From positions 6,572,001 through 6,636,000 of the forward strand of contig NC_043006.1 in the NCBI RefSeq assembly GCF_006345805.1: a stretch of 64,000 bases of DNA. Reading direction: 5' to 3'. The position numbers and the translations under genes are program-made. The notes beneath the pieces are model-generated. The model saw nothing but the letters and a program-made list of their open reading frames with translations, did not search any database and had not been told where the DNA came from. The DNA is from Octopus sinensis (taxonomy: Eukaryota). Within the stretch, counting starts at the first letter, position 1. Each line of letters begins with the position of its first letter. Of the stretch, positions 28,358 to 39,830 are shown piece after piece.

Positions 28358-28904
28358 TTAACCTTTAAAGGTATTTTTTAAAATGCTGGCCATTGATAAA
28401 ATATTTTTCGAAAAAAATGTTATCCTACATTAGATATTAGAAAATTTATATGATCAAGGTCAAGTTCTGTCATGAGCATTGCTTTGCCAAGAAAATTCGT
28501 CAGTGTGTAGCAGGGCAGGGTACTTTTTTGGTAAAAGACTAGCAGTTATGTATGCATGCAGACAGAATTTACGTATGATGTCCAAGACAAAGGCAAAAAC
28601 GTCATATACCCGAAAACATCCAGCTTGAACACTTGTATACGTCCACTAATCCAACGCCATATATTAATGTTTTAATCGATTCTAATGTAATACAAAGCAA
28701 AGAAAAAAGAACCCAGAAAAATCAAATTCATTGCGTACTGAACTCGAAGTGTGACGTGATATACTTTGTCTGATACTCCAACGAATCAGCCTTTATATCG
28801 CCTTCAAACCTATTTAGATATGTGGTAATGTGAATATCATAAGAGTATATCAACAAAGAAGATGAGGACAAATACCCATCAAATGTAAATAATGTAAATG
28901 ATGT

Positions 28905-29306
28905 TATTTAATAGACCCCGAAAGAATGAATTAGAAAGTCGACCTCGGTGGAATTTGAACTCAGAACGTAACGGCAGACGAAATACCTATTTCTTTACTA
29001 CCCACAAGGGGCTAAACACAGAGAGGACAAACAACGATAGACACACGGATTAAGTCGATTATATAGACCCCAGTGCGTAACTGGTACTTATTTAATCGAC
29101 CCCCGAAAGGATGAAAGGCAAAGTCGACCTCGGTGGAATTTGAACTCAGAACGTAACGGCAGACGAAATACCTAATTCTTTATTACCCACAAGGGGCTAA
29201 ACACAGAGGGGACAAACAAGGACAGACATAGGTATTAAGTTGATTACATTGACTCCAGTGCGTAACTGATACTTAATTTATCGACCCCAAAATGATGAAA
29301 GGCAAA
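28905..29306 (-). mobile_element. SINE S3 headless tandem array (parts of three units)
   Basis: Tail joins GGCAGACGAAATACC directly at 28973-28987 and 29158-29172. Confidence 0.88.
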
Positions 29307-29676
29307 TTTCATCCACCGAGAAATTAAATTTGGAAACAAATGTGTGTGTGTGTGTATTTCTTCCAATATAATATTGACTTTTTCGACATTTGAGTTCTTA
29401 AAACATTTGGTATTACCTTCATTTTTAAAAAGTATTTTTATTGCAAATTAATGTGATTTCTCCCAACATTAATTAATGTAAATATAATCAGTAATTCAGC
29501 ATTACTATTAAAAGGTGCGTTGCTAATTAAGAACATTTCGGGAAAACATTTAAGATACAAGCATTCTTTTTCTTCGCACAAATTCTTTGTTCACCAGTGT
29601 TATTCTTATTGTAGTTTACAAATCCAAGCATGAAAACGTTACTCAACTTATAAGTTTTTGAGACAGACGCCACCCT

Positions 29677-29749
<73 letters not shown>

Positions 29750-30877
29750 TAATGATGTACAAAAATACATGACAGATAATCATAATACTGAAATGCGAAT
29801 AAAGTAAACACATGCAGACAAATATATTAATATTACAGATTAAAAATAATAATAATAAAATCATACAATCAATGAAGAGACAAAAGAAACATTAAAATGA
29901 TACATGTTGGTTTTATTAGGCATTCCTGTTTATTTAGAAAACTACAATGAACTTGATCAGATGCTAAACTCAAAATTTCACAGGGCACAATGTTAAACTT
30001 GATACCGCTCCGCTAAACGTAGACAATTTCTGTCTTACTGTTGGTTAAAATTATAGTTTTTCCGATATTTAAACCTCTGTAACTTTTTGATCCACAACAT
30101 CATACCTTCAAAGCAATAAGACTGGACGTCTACATTATTATAGCCGATTTTCAGATTTTGTTACTGTCTTTTAAAAAATGCACATTTTGTGATTGAAAAA
30201 TACTAGATCCGTATTTATACTATTCTTCATAATGTGAGTTTCTTTCTTCGGAAATTGAAAAGTAATAAATCTTGTCAAATATAGGTTAGTAAGTTTCCGC
30301 TAAGTACTTTTAAAAGTGAGGAATATGTCTATAGTACTAATATCATTCACTTACACGTCAATTTGAATACCCTGAAGAAAGATAAAAGATTTTCAACCGC
30401 AGCGTGTCTAAGGAAACGTTTCTGGGTCTAGTGAAATAATGCCTCAGAAACAGCTTATGTGTTACAGACAATATATTTTCCCTTCTCCTATAACTCCGAG
30501 GGCATGTATGCTGTTTCGAAGAAATTCATTATTAAATTCTTCTTGGTGTAAGCTATAATGATGTGAGCCATACATGTCTTCACTTCTGGCATTATATGCA
30601 CAAATAAAATGAATAGCATTAACCACAAATTTATAGCACATGTCTAACACGACTTGCTTGGAGCTTGCCTCAAATAACATACCACTCAATACATTGTAGC
30701 ATACCTATATTTCTAAAAAACATATATTTGTCTTCATCAAATCTTTCCTTTATGAATATTGGCAATTTATTTTAATTATCTTAGAAACTTATTTGAACAA
30801 TATTCTTTAGAAAGTAATACATATAAAATTACATTTCATAGCAATTTTATTTAAAATATGTAATTTATTAAAAAAAT

Positions 30878-31292
30878 TTTTTTTATTACCCACAAAGGGC
30901 TAAACAGAGAAGGGACAAACAAGGACAGACAAACGGATTAAGTCAATTATATCGACCCCAGTGTGTAACTGGTACGTATTTGATCGACCCCGAAAGGATG
31001 AAAGGCAAAGTCGACCTCTGCGGAATTTGAACTCAGAACGTAGCGGCAGACGAAATACTTATTTCTTCATTACCCACAAGGGGCTAAGCATAGAGGGGAC
31101 AAACAAGGACAGACAAACGGATTAATTCGATTACATCAATCCCAGTGCGTAACTGGTATTTAATTTATCGACCCCGAAATGATGAAAAGCAAAGTCGACC
31201 TTGGTGGAATTTGAACTCGGAACGTGACGGCAGACGAAATACGGCTACACATTTCGCCCGGCGCTCTAACGATTCTGCCAGCTCGCCGCCTT
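30878..31292 (-). mobile_element. SINE S3 dimer (one head, two body+tail units)
   Basis: Internal junction at 31045-31060; outer TSD ATTTAA(A/G)ATATGTAATT at 30849-30865 and 31294-31310. Confidence 0.88.
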
Positions 31293-31912
31293 AATTTAAG
31301 ATATGTAATTCTAATTGCAATGAATCAAAGAAAACGGGGGAAATAACGTTCGTTTAACATACAGAACACGCAGTACACGCTTATCTTAAAAAATACTAAA
31401 ATTTATAAAGTCCGACTACGATTACCTGCAAGCGATTTATAGTAACTCCATTTTCGTTTCAGTTTAATTACGTTCTAACTGGTGGTTACTCTTTCGGAGA
31501 CAAGAAATTATGTTCTAAGCGTTAGCAGGAGTTATACAGATACTTTACTGCTGCTAATGCTAGAGAATAAAAAGAAAGCAATTTCTCGTCCTTCCCTCAC
31601 ATTTTTTACAATCTTTTAATTTCTTCCTCTCCGTTGCAAAAGAATACTTCGGCCTCCAAATTAAGATTAAAAAAAAAACATTTTTAATTTATGATAGTAA
31701 TATTCTGTCCAACGCATCACTACTTTTGATGCTTATGTTTGTTTATCCGTTGTTATCAGTAATTGTCCTATGCCCATCCTGGAGCACTGTTTCGCTATAA
31801 CACTATTGCAACTTGAGATTTCATAAACAAAAATGCCTTTAAAGAGCTACGCCGTTTACGTTCTAAGAACAACACAAAGTATTTCGTCTTAAATTCCAAA
31901 GTTGATTACTCT

Positions 31913-32278
31913 GATTTCTTTATTACCCACGAGGGGCTACACACAGGGGACACTACAAACATTGGGGACATAGAACATCACAATCACAAAGAATGAAAAA
32001 TGAATTTTGAAAATGATATTATGAAAGTAATGCTAACGGCCCCATCCGCTAGCATCACTTACCTGTCCTTCGTACCATTGTTCTCCCCAATTTCAATAAA
32101 CATATTCTCCAAGTCCATCGCATATCTTTTTTAAAAATAATTCTTTATATTATCCCCAACTACCCACTCCTCCACTTTCACATTTCTATTTTCGCACCTC
32201 ACTAACAGTCCATCCATTTCTTCCCTCTTCACCATTGCATATTTCCAGTCCCCCTTTTCATACCCTGGATAACCCTCT
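31913..32278 (-). mobile_element. 5'-truncated retroposon with Tx1-type tail and a non-RT coding-like body
   Basis: 15-bp TSD AAAGTTGATTACTCT at 31898-31912 and 32279-32293; tail GTGTGTAGCCCCTCGTGGGTAATAAAGAAAT. Confidence 0.75.
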
Positions 32279-32984
32279 AAAGTTGATTACTCTTCAATTT
32301 CTTTGTGAAACGTTTATTGACAATATCTCTCTCTCCCACTCTCTCTTTATGCAAATAATACACATAATACATACACACACACACTCACACACAAGATGAA
32401 ATTCCTGCTGACAGAATGTACTGTATGCCTAAAGCATTTTCGACTATTCCAAACTTCCCCCATCATTCACATAATATCTATACGCTACAGATTTTGCCAG
32501 AGAATTTACTATGCTAGAGACGAGTATCACATTTTGATGACAGTTGACTTAAACATATAAACACAAAGCGTGATATCATTATTTTATCGAGAACGTATCA
32601 AAATCAGATAGTATTATGAAACTGATAGTTTGGACAGTTCCTGTTCAAACATTGAAATGTTTATAGAAAGTTTTCTATGCATCTCTTCAGCGGTGAGTGA
32701 ACTCCGAAGACATGTTCTACAGTTGGAAGTGTTAGAGAACTTTGGAACTTGCAACATTTCGAAAGGAAACGATTATGTAGCGGTTTATTTTAGACATTCA
32801 GAACAATTTTCCCGGCAAAACGAATGCCACGTGGACAAAAGTCTTTGGAGGAGATATGATGGTCGGTTTACCTGCGCGTGCGTGAAAATTTTCGCGACGG
32901 TACGATGCGTCAGTTCCTGGCTGTTATGCCTAGAGTACATAGAGTACATTTAGTGCCCGCGCATTGGATTTTCGTTTTCACTGA

Positions 32985-33479
32985 ACGCATCGGACAGACA
33001 TATTTCATCGAATTTTGCCAAAAGCTTGGTGTTATTCAAGCTCCATTCCGCAGACCTTTTTCGATGATGCCATAGAAAAAAAAACCCATATCGAGGAGCG
33101 GCACGACCGCCTCAAGCATGGCTGCACGAGTTGAGGGCGAGGCAGCTTCAGGCAGGTCATCCGCAAACCGAAACGGGTAAAATCTCAGAATGGAAATAAC
33201 TCAGTATATACTGGACTTTGCAAATTTTGATCAAGATTTCATGAAGTCCATAATCACTGGAGATGAGACATGGACTTACTGTCTCTGCTCGATACGTTCG
33301 GTATTCTTGTGGGAAAACGAAAATCCGACCAGCACGCACCATGTCTGTACTACAGGCATAAAAGCCGGAGACTGACGCAGCCCACCAGCGTGTTATCTCC
33401 CATCCAAAGACTTCTGCCGATGCGGCAGTAGTTTTGGCGTGTAAGAATAAAGTAGGATAAATTCTTGACGCACCACGTA
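32985..33479 (+). pseudogene. Second, heavily deleted mariner transposase remnant with right TIR
   Basis: IEFCQKLG and DFMKSIITGDETW motifs; TIR-like end ...GGATAAATTCTTGACGCACCACGTA. Confidence 0.65.
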
Positions 33480-33919
33480 TGTATATATATATATGTATAT
33501 GTGTGTGTGTGTACTGACTTCGAATATTTAGCATTACATATAAATTTTCGCTTCGTGATTAATCTATGAACTAATTCGCCGAAACAAATATTTTAAGTGA
33601 TACAGACACAGAATCAATTGTTTCCCGAATATATTGCATAGAAACATGTATTGTTTTCTTTAACAAAACCAAGTATCGTTGAATAGGCATACGTTTATTT
33701 CAGTCTTTTAACAAAAATGATAAAAGATCGCTATTACGCAAATAAAAAAGCAAATGTATAGCAGTGTTGGAGCATGGAATGAGTAAATATTGGTATGGCT
33801 CCAACTTTAAAATAATCACATTTACAACCTGTTGGATTTTTAATGGACGACAATTATTCAGGATTGTTTGACTCTCAAGTATTGTTAACTCGAGTAAATG
33901 AATGATACATTTGAAAGTT

Positions 33920-34573
33920 AGAATACCAGATAAGCCACCCATAATCGGATACAACTCACCCAACAAGAACTCACTACTTGAACAAAACTTGACTTAAATA
34001 GGATTCGAATATTCCTATCAGGTGGTGCTATTAAGTTAGACATGGCCTGGATCAATCTTTGGTCGAAACATATCTAAGTTCTATCTAAGTTTTATGAATT
34101 CATAAAAATATCTCCACGACAGATACACCTGTTTTGTCATGCACTAGCTTTTTTAGAGAATATATATCAATGTTACACATTATTATTCTACGCATGTTCC
34201 GACAGAATTGTTCGTGTATGCTTATTGCTACTGTATTTCGTTCCGGAGAGCAGCTTCTCCTTTCAAACGCGTTGAGAACGAATATATCACATCATTGTTT
34301 TGATTCTCGCTGTTCTATTTCCTGACAAATGAAAAAAATGAAGGGAAATTATTACAGTAAATAGTAACTTAGATAACTTAGATAAACTTAGATATGTTTC
34401 GACCAAAGATTGGTCCAGGCCATGTCTAACTTAATAGCACCACCTGATAGGATTATTCAAATCCTGTTTAAGTCAAGTTTTGTTCAAGTAGTGAGTTCTT
34501 GTTGGGTGAGTTGTATCAAGTTTTGTTCAAGTAGTGAGTCGTATCCAATTATGGGTGGCTTATCTGGTATTCT
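33920..34573. repeat. ~170-bp inverted repeat pair around a ~275-bp spacer
   Basis: 33920-34091 is the reverse complement of 34375-34573, which carries a local internal duplication. Confidence 0.85.
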
Positions 34574-34956
34574 TTGAAGGAATCTATCCAGACTCTGTTT
34601 AAAGTTGATGGGATCCTTTTCCTCTTTGATCTCCCTGGGGACAATGTTAAATAGGGCAGGGCCTGTTGAGGAAAAGAAATTATGTTGCAGTGTACATGTA
34701 TGTTGTGATCTTGAATATTGTAGTGGAGAAAAACACTAATAATAGCTGAGTTTGTTGATTCCTCCAATTTGGATTTAAACCGTGCAGAGAGAAAGTGAAA
34801 GTTAGAAATAGAAAAGTTAACCTAATAGTTACAGCAAAAGAGTCTTATAAATTTCAGAAACAGATATTTTGTCATGAATTTTTGCTGAGGAAGTAATTCG
34901 ATGGAGTAGTTAGCAATCATCTTGATAATGTTTAGAACAATGATAGCATATATTGT

Positions 34957-35340
34957 GTGGAGGCGCAATGGCCCAGTGGTTTGGGCAGCGGACTCGCGGT
35001 CGTAGGATCGCGGTTTCGATTCCCAGACCGGGCGTTGTAAGTGTTTATTGAGCGAAAACACCTAAAGTTCCACGAGGCTCCGGCAGGGGATGGTGGTGAT
35101 CCCTGCTGTAATCTTTCACCACAACTTTCTCTCACTCTTACTTCCTGTTTCTGTTGTGCCTGTATTTCAAGGGGCCGGCCTTGTCACTCTCTGTGTCACG
35201 CTGAATATCTCCGAGAACTACGTTAAGGGTACACGTGTCTGTGGAGTGCTCAGCCACTTACACGTTAATTTCACGAGCAGGCTGTTCCGTTGATCGGATC
35301 AACCGGAACCCTCGTCATCGTAACCGACGGAGTGCTTCCA
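34957..35340 (+). mobile_element. SINE S1 with tail A, full length
   Basis: Intact A and B boxes; matches 349-717. Confidence 0.92.
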
Positions 35341-35536
35341 TATTGTTTTGCTAAGATACACACGAGAAGTTTCTTTAATTTCAATGTAATATCTGATTTT
35401 ATTTTGAACATTTATATGCAATTCCTCATTTTGAATAAGCAACAATTAATTTCCTAAAAATTAGACATCGACTACTGTATGTATATCACAATTTTTGATA
35501 TTAATTATGCATGCAGAGGTATCCTCAAATATTGGA

Positions 35537-35797
35537 TGGAAGCACTCCGTCGGTTACGACGATGAGGGTTCCGGTTGATCCGAATCAACGGAACAGCCTG
35601 CTCGTGAAATTAACGTGTAAGTGGCTGAGCACTCCACAGACACGTGTACCCTTAACGTAGTTCTCGGGGATATTCAGCGTGACACAGAGAGTGACAAGGC
35701 CGGCCCTTTGAAATACAGGTACAACAGAAACAGGAAGTAAGAGTGAGAGAAAGTTGTGGTGAAAGAGTACAGCAGGGATCACCACCATCCCCTGCCG
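35537..35797 (-). mobile_element. 5'-truncated SINE S1 tail A, inverted relative to 34957-35340
   Basis: Near-identical reverse complement of 35080-35340. Confidence 0.9.
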
Positions 35798-36083
35798 TAT
35801 GATGGGTAGAACTCTAGGAAAGCTACATTCAGCATACACTAAGAAAACAACTCAGTTTTAAAATTTAATATTCTAGGTGAGGAGGGCGTAATTGATTGAA
35901 TCGATTACAAAACATACTGCGGAACATATGCACGAAAGTTGATCGAAGGAGAAGGTTATTTAAGACTCCAATGATTTGAATTGTAAATTGACACGGACAA
36001 TTATTATAGCAGAATTTTTTTTCCTTTTCTCTCTTGCACTTTATTACTGTAATAGCGTATTCCTCCATTTTTATTCATTACCA

Positions 36084-36506
36084 GAAATTGAAAACAAAGG
36101 GTTACCCACTTGCAAACAAATGTGGTAACATATAACAATATTGACCAAGGTTACCGTGGTCTTTTTCGTAGGCTTTTCTTCCCACGGATAAACCTTACTT
36201 GATACACGATCCCTATTGATCGTTCTTTTTTTTCCTCTTCCCCCCTTTTTTTCCCCTTTTTTCTTCTTTTTTCATTTCTCTTTCCTTTTGTTCCTTTTCC
36301 TTTCCTTTTTTTTTCTTTTTATTTTATTCAATTTTTTTTTGTTTTTGTTCTTTTCTTCCCTTTTACGATCCCTCTTGATCGAAAACCTACGCCACCCCTT
36401 TTTTTTTCTTTTGTTTTTTGTTCTCTTCATCCCCCAAAAGAAAAGCTCTACCTTGTAACTTGTCCCATCTGTGTGCAGCCCTGTGTGGCCAATAAAGAAA
36501 CTTATC
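36084..36506 (+). mobile_element. 5'-truncated retroposon 3' end with Tx1-type tail
   Basis: 14-bp TSD TTTATTCATTACCA at 36070-36083 and 36507-36520; T-rich 3' UTR; tail TGTCCCATCTGTGTGCAGCCCTGTGTGGCCAATAAAGAAAC. Confidence 0.8.
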
Positions 36507-36654
36507 TTTATTCATTACCAATTTGGTCGTAAAGTGACAATTAATATTTATTTCCTATTTGGGTACAAGTCTGGACATTTACAGAGGACACAGATTGTAA
36601 AACATTAATGAGCGTCGCGAGGACATTACATGGCCGAGACACAATTGATGTAAC

Positions 36655-36677
36655 AATAACAGCTGCTGCTGCTTCTG

Positions 36678-36711
<34 letters not shown>

Positions 36712-37088
36712 CACCACCACTACTACTACCAATACTACTACTACTACTACAACTACTACTACTACAACTAATACTACTACTACTACTACAACAACACCAA
36801 CAACTACTACTACTACTATTATCACTATTACTACTGCTGCTGTTACTGCTGCCGCTGTTTCTACTACTACCACCACCACCACCACCACACCACTACTACT
36901 ACCAATACTACTACTACTACTACAACTACTACTACTACAACTAATACTACTACTACTACTACAACAACACCAACAACTACTACTACTACTATTATCACTA
37001 TTACTACTGCTGCTGTTACTGCTGCCGCTGTTTCTACTACTACCACCACCACCACCACCACCACCACTACACCACTACCACCACCACC

Positions 37089-37129
<41 letters not shown>

Positions 37130-37270
37130 CACAACCAATAGTACCACTGCTACTAAGGATAGTGCTGTAGCTACAACTACTACTACCACTATTACAACTA
37201 GCACTACTACTATTACTGCAGTTACTACTATTAATGAAGATGATTATGATGATGACGACGATGATGATGA
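36655..37270. repeat. (ACT)n/(ACC)n trinucleotide field with an internal ~180-bp tandem duplication
   Basis: About 36700-36888 is repeated at about 36880-37070. Confidence 0.9.
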
Positions 37271-37434
37271 TAATTATGATACTGCTCTTTTTGCTTTACA
37301 ATTTAATAATTATAAAATATAGTTAAAAACTATACCAACAATATTAATTCTTATTTCTACCATCATCATCTTCGTTATCATTATCATATTATTATTATTA
37401 TTATTATTATTATATTATTATTATTATTATTATT

Positions 37435-37537
37435 GAGTGAGAGAGCAGTTCATGCCATCAAAGTGACACTGGGGTAAAATATACGAAGCCCAATATACCC
37501 ATCATGACTACCCGTCTGATAAGGTTACACCAGGCAC
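37435..37537 (-). mobile_element. Short retroposon 3' end inserted in (AAT)n
   Basis: Flanked by (ATT)n on both sides; older homolog at about 39955-40075. Confidence 0.65.
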
Positions 37538-37804
37538 ATTATTATTATTATTATTATTATTAGTAGTAGTAGTAGTGGTGATGCTGGTGGTGGTGCTGGT
37601 AGTAATAGTAGTGAAAGTAGCAGCAGCAGCATTAGTAGTAGTAGTAGTAGTAGTAGTAAAAGTCGACTACGGTGGCATTTGAATTTAGAATATAAAGACA
37701 GAAGAAATCCCGCGAAGAAATCCAGAAGAAAACCGCGAAGTGTTTTGTCCGACGTGGTAACGACTCTGCCACCTCGCTACATTACGGCAATATGTTATTT
37801 ATAA

Positions 37805-38746
37805 ATATTGGGTTCAAATTTTGGCAGAAGGCCAGGAAATTCTAGGGACGAGGAATGTCGATTACAACTGGTATTTATTTTATCGCTCCAAATTGATGAA
37901 AGTCAAAGTCGATTGAGGCGGAACTTGAATTCAGAACGTATTGTCGAAAGAACTACCTATTTCTTTACTACCCACAAGGAATTTGAACTCAGAACGTAAC
38001 AGCATACAAAATAACTATTTCTTTACTACCCACAAGTGGCTAAACACGGAGAGGACAAACAAGGACAGACAAACGGATTAAGTCGATTATATCGACCCCA
38101 GTGGGTAACTGGTACTTAATTTATCGACCCCGAAATGATGAAAGGCAAAGTCGACCTCGGCGGAATTTGAACTCAGAACGTAACGGCAGACGAAATAACT
38201 ATTTCTTTACTACCCACAAGGGGCTAAACACAGGGGACAAACAAGGACAGACAAACGGATTAAGTCGATTATATCGACCCCAGTGCGTAACTGGTACTTA
38301 ATTTATCGACCCCGAAATGTTGAAAGGCAAAGTCGACCTCGGCGGAATTTGAACTCAGAACGTAACGGCAGACGAAATACCGCTAATCATTTCGCCCGCC
38401 TTGCTAACGTTTCTGCCAGCTTACCGCCTTTTGTCGAAAGAAATACCTATTTCTTTACTACCCACAAGGGGCTAAACATAGAGGGGACAAACAAGGACAG
38501 ACATAGGTATTAAGTCGATTACACCGACCCCAGTGCGTAACTGGTACTTAATTTATCGACCCCGAAAAGGATGAAAGGCAAAGTCGACCTCGGCGGAATT
38601 TGAACTCAGAACATAACGGCAGACGAAATACCGCTAAGCATTTCATCCGGCGTGCTAACGTTTCTGCCAGCTCGCCGCCTTTTGTCGAAATAAATAGCAT
38701 TAAGCATTTTCTCTGGTACGGAGGCGATGATGCCATCTCGCCGCCT
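37805..38746 (-). mobile_element. Nested S3 SINE cluster: an old S3 host split by young S3 monomer and multimer insertions
   Basis: Host body at 37805-37940 and host head at 38691-38746; TTGTCGAAA-containing target repeated at 37941, 38431 and 38682; headless junctions at about 38001-38015 and 38185-38199. Confidence 0.85.
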
Positions 38747-39089
38747 CATTTTGTTTATAAATATTAATGTGTACATATATGCATAGAGTATTGGATATAT
38801 ATTTGATTAATTAATATACGTAGTTACTGCGTATTTAGTGGATTTCCCCCCAGAGTTTATGAAGTTGGCTTTGGTTTTCTGCACATGTCACAATGAGATA
38901 TCGTGCATAAAATATACTATGATTTCTATAACAATGGTCTTTCGGATTTCATTTATTTTGCTTTAAAAGAAATTTTCCAGCAGATTTATCGAGAAGTTTT
39001 CTTTCCGTTTCACCGATATTGTTGGATTAAATTCGTTTTGTGGATAAAGATTCTTAGTGCACGTTTATGTTGTTATTTAGCCCGGAACT

Positions 39090-39830
39090 CTTATCATTAT
39101 TGTTGTTGTTGTTGTCTAGTATTTTTAATTTTATTATGTGCCTTCAATGCTGTACCGAATGCATAATGTGTACCACGGGCATGTGTTGTGATTTATTTTA
39201 GTATTGTTACTTTTACTGTATTGTAAATGATTTATGTAGGAGATGTGCATTGCCTAATAATGCTATTTTTTATATGCATTATATGTTCGTAAGTCCTGTT
39301 GTTTGGGCTATGTATGCTTCTTTATCTGTATGCTGTTAACCATGCATAATCCACATATTATTAAAGGGCTTACTTCTTTCTTCAGGCCCTGTATTCAGCT
39401 ATCCCTGTTTCTAGTTCGTTGCATTTCAAGAATTTTCTCCATTTTTTTTTCTTGAAATGCATTGTCACTTGTTGAGAATAATATGTCGATTAGAAGTAAT
39501 TTTTCTCTTGGTAATTCCTGATAGCAATATCTGGACAATTAACTTTGAACTCCCTATGTATGTGTATTAGAACATCTCACAGTAGGGTTGCTTTTCTGAG
39601 TACATTTACGCCATTTTCTTCCAGTTGTCATTCAGTAGTGTTGGCACAAATTCCAGTATATATAAGTTTGTCCTGTATGTGGATCTATTCCTTCTAGACC
39701 AGCACTTGGCAACCACAGAGAATATAATTTATTGTTTCTTCTCTATCAGTACATATTCTACAGTTTCTTTATTATTTGTCTTCACGTATCTTTGGTGGTT
39801 TCTGATTGGGTTGCTATTTTGTGCGAAATA
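39090..39830 (-). pseudogene. R4/Dong-like non-LTR retrotransposon 3' end (CCHC plus restriction-like endonuclease), decayed
   Basis: Reads across frames as CRICTDREETINYILCGCQVL, NCPDIAIRNYQEK..LIDI and KIALLGNAHLLHKSFTIQ*, ending in an (AAC/AAT)n tail; further probable RT debris at about 41050-42300. Confidence 0.72.

Noticed and set aside
30368-30427. Additional hammerhead-like strings (also about 47200-47242, 48401-48463, 62245-62285 minus and 21355-21392)
   Set aside because: Core or stem II/III pairing is broken; possibly decayed copies but not supportable individually.
34957-35030. tRNA gene-like sequences (also at 351, 5793, 19616 and 21750)
   Set aside because: They continue into shared SINE bodies, several with TSDs, and lack a proper acceptor stem; these are SINE heads.
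36541-37141. 177-aa poly-Thr/Leu/His ORF and antisense poly-Val ORFs
   Set aside because: Trinucleotide repeat field with no domain or splice evidence.
37941-38690. CRISPR-like regular repeats
   Set aside because: Units are whole SINE bodies with no unique spacers, there are no cas genes, and the context is eukaryotic.
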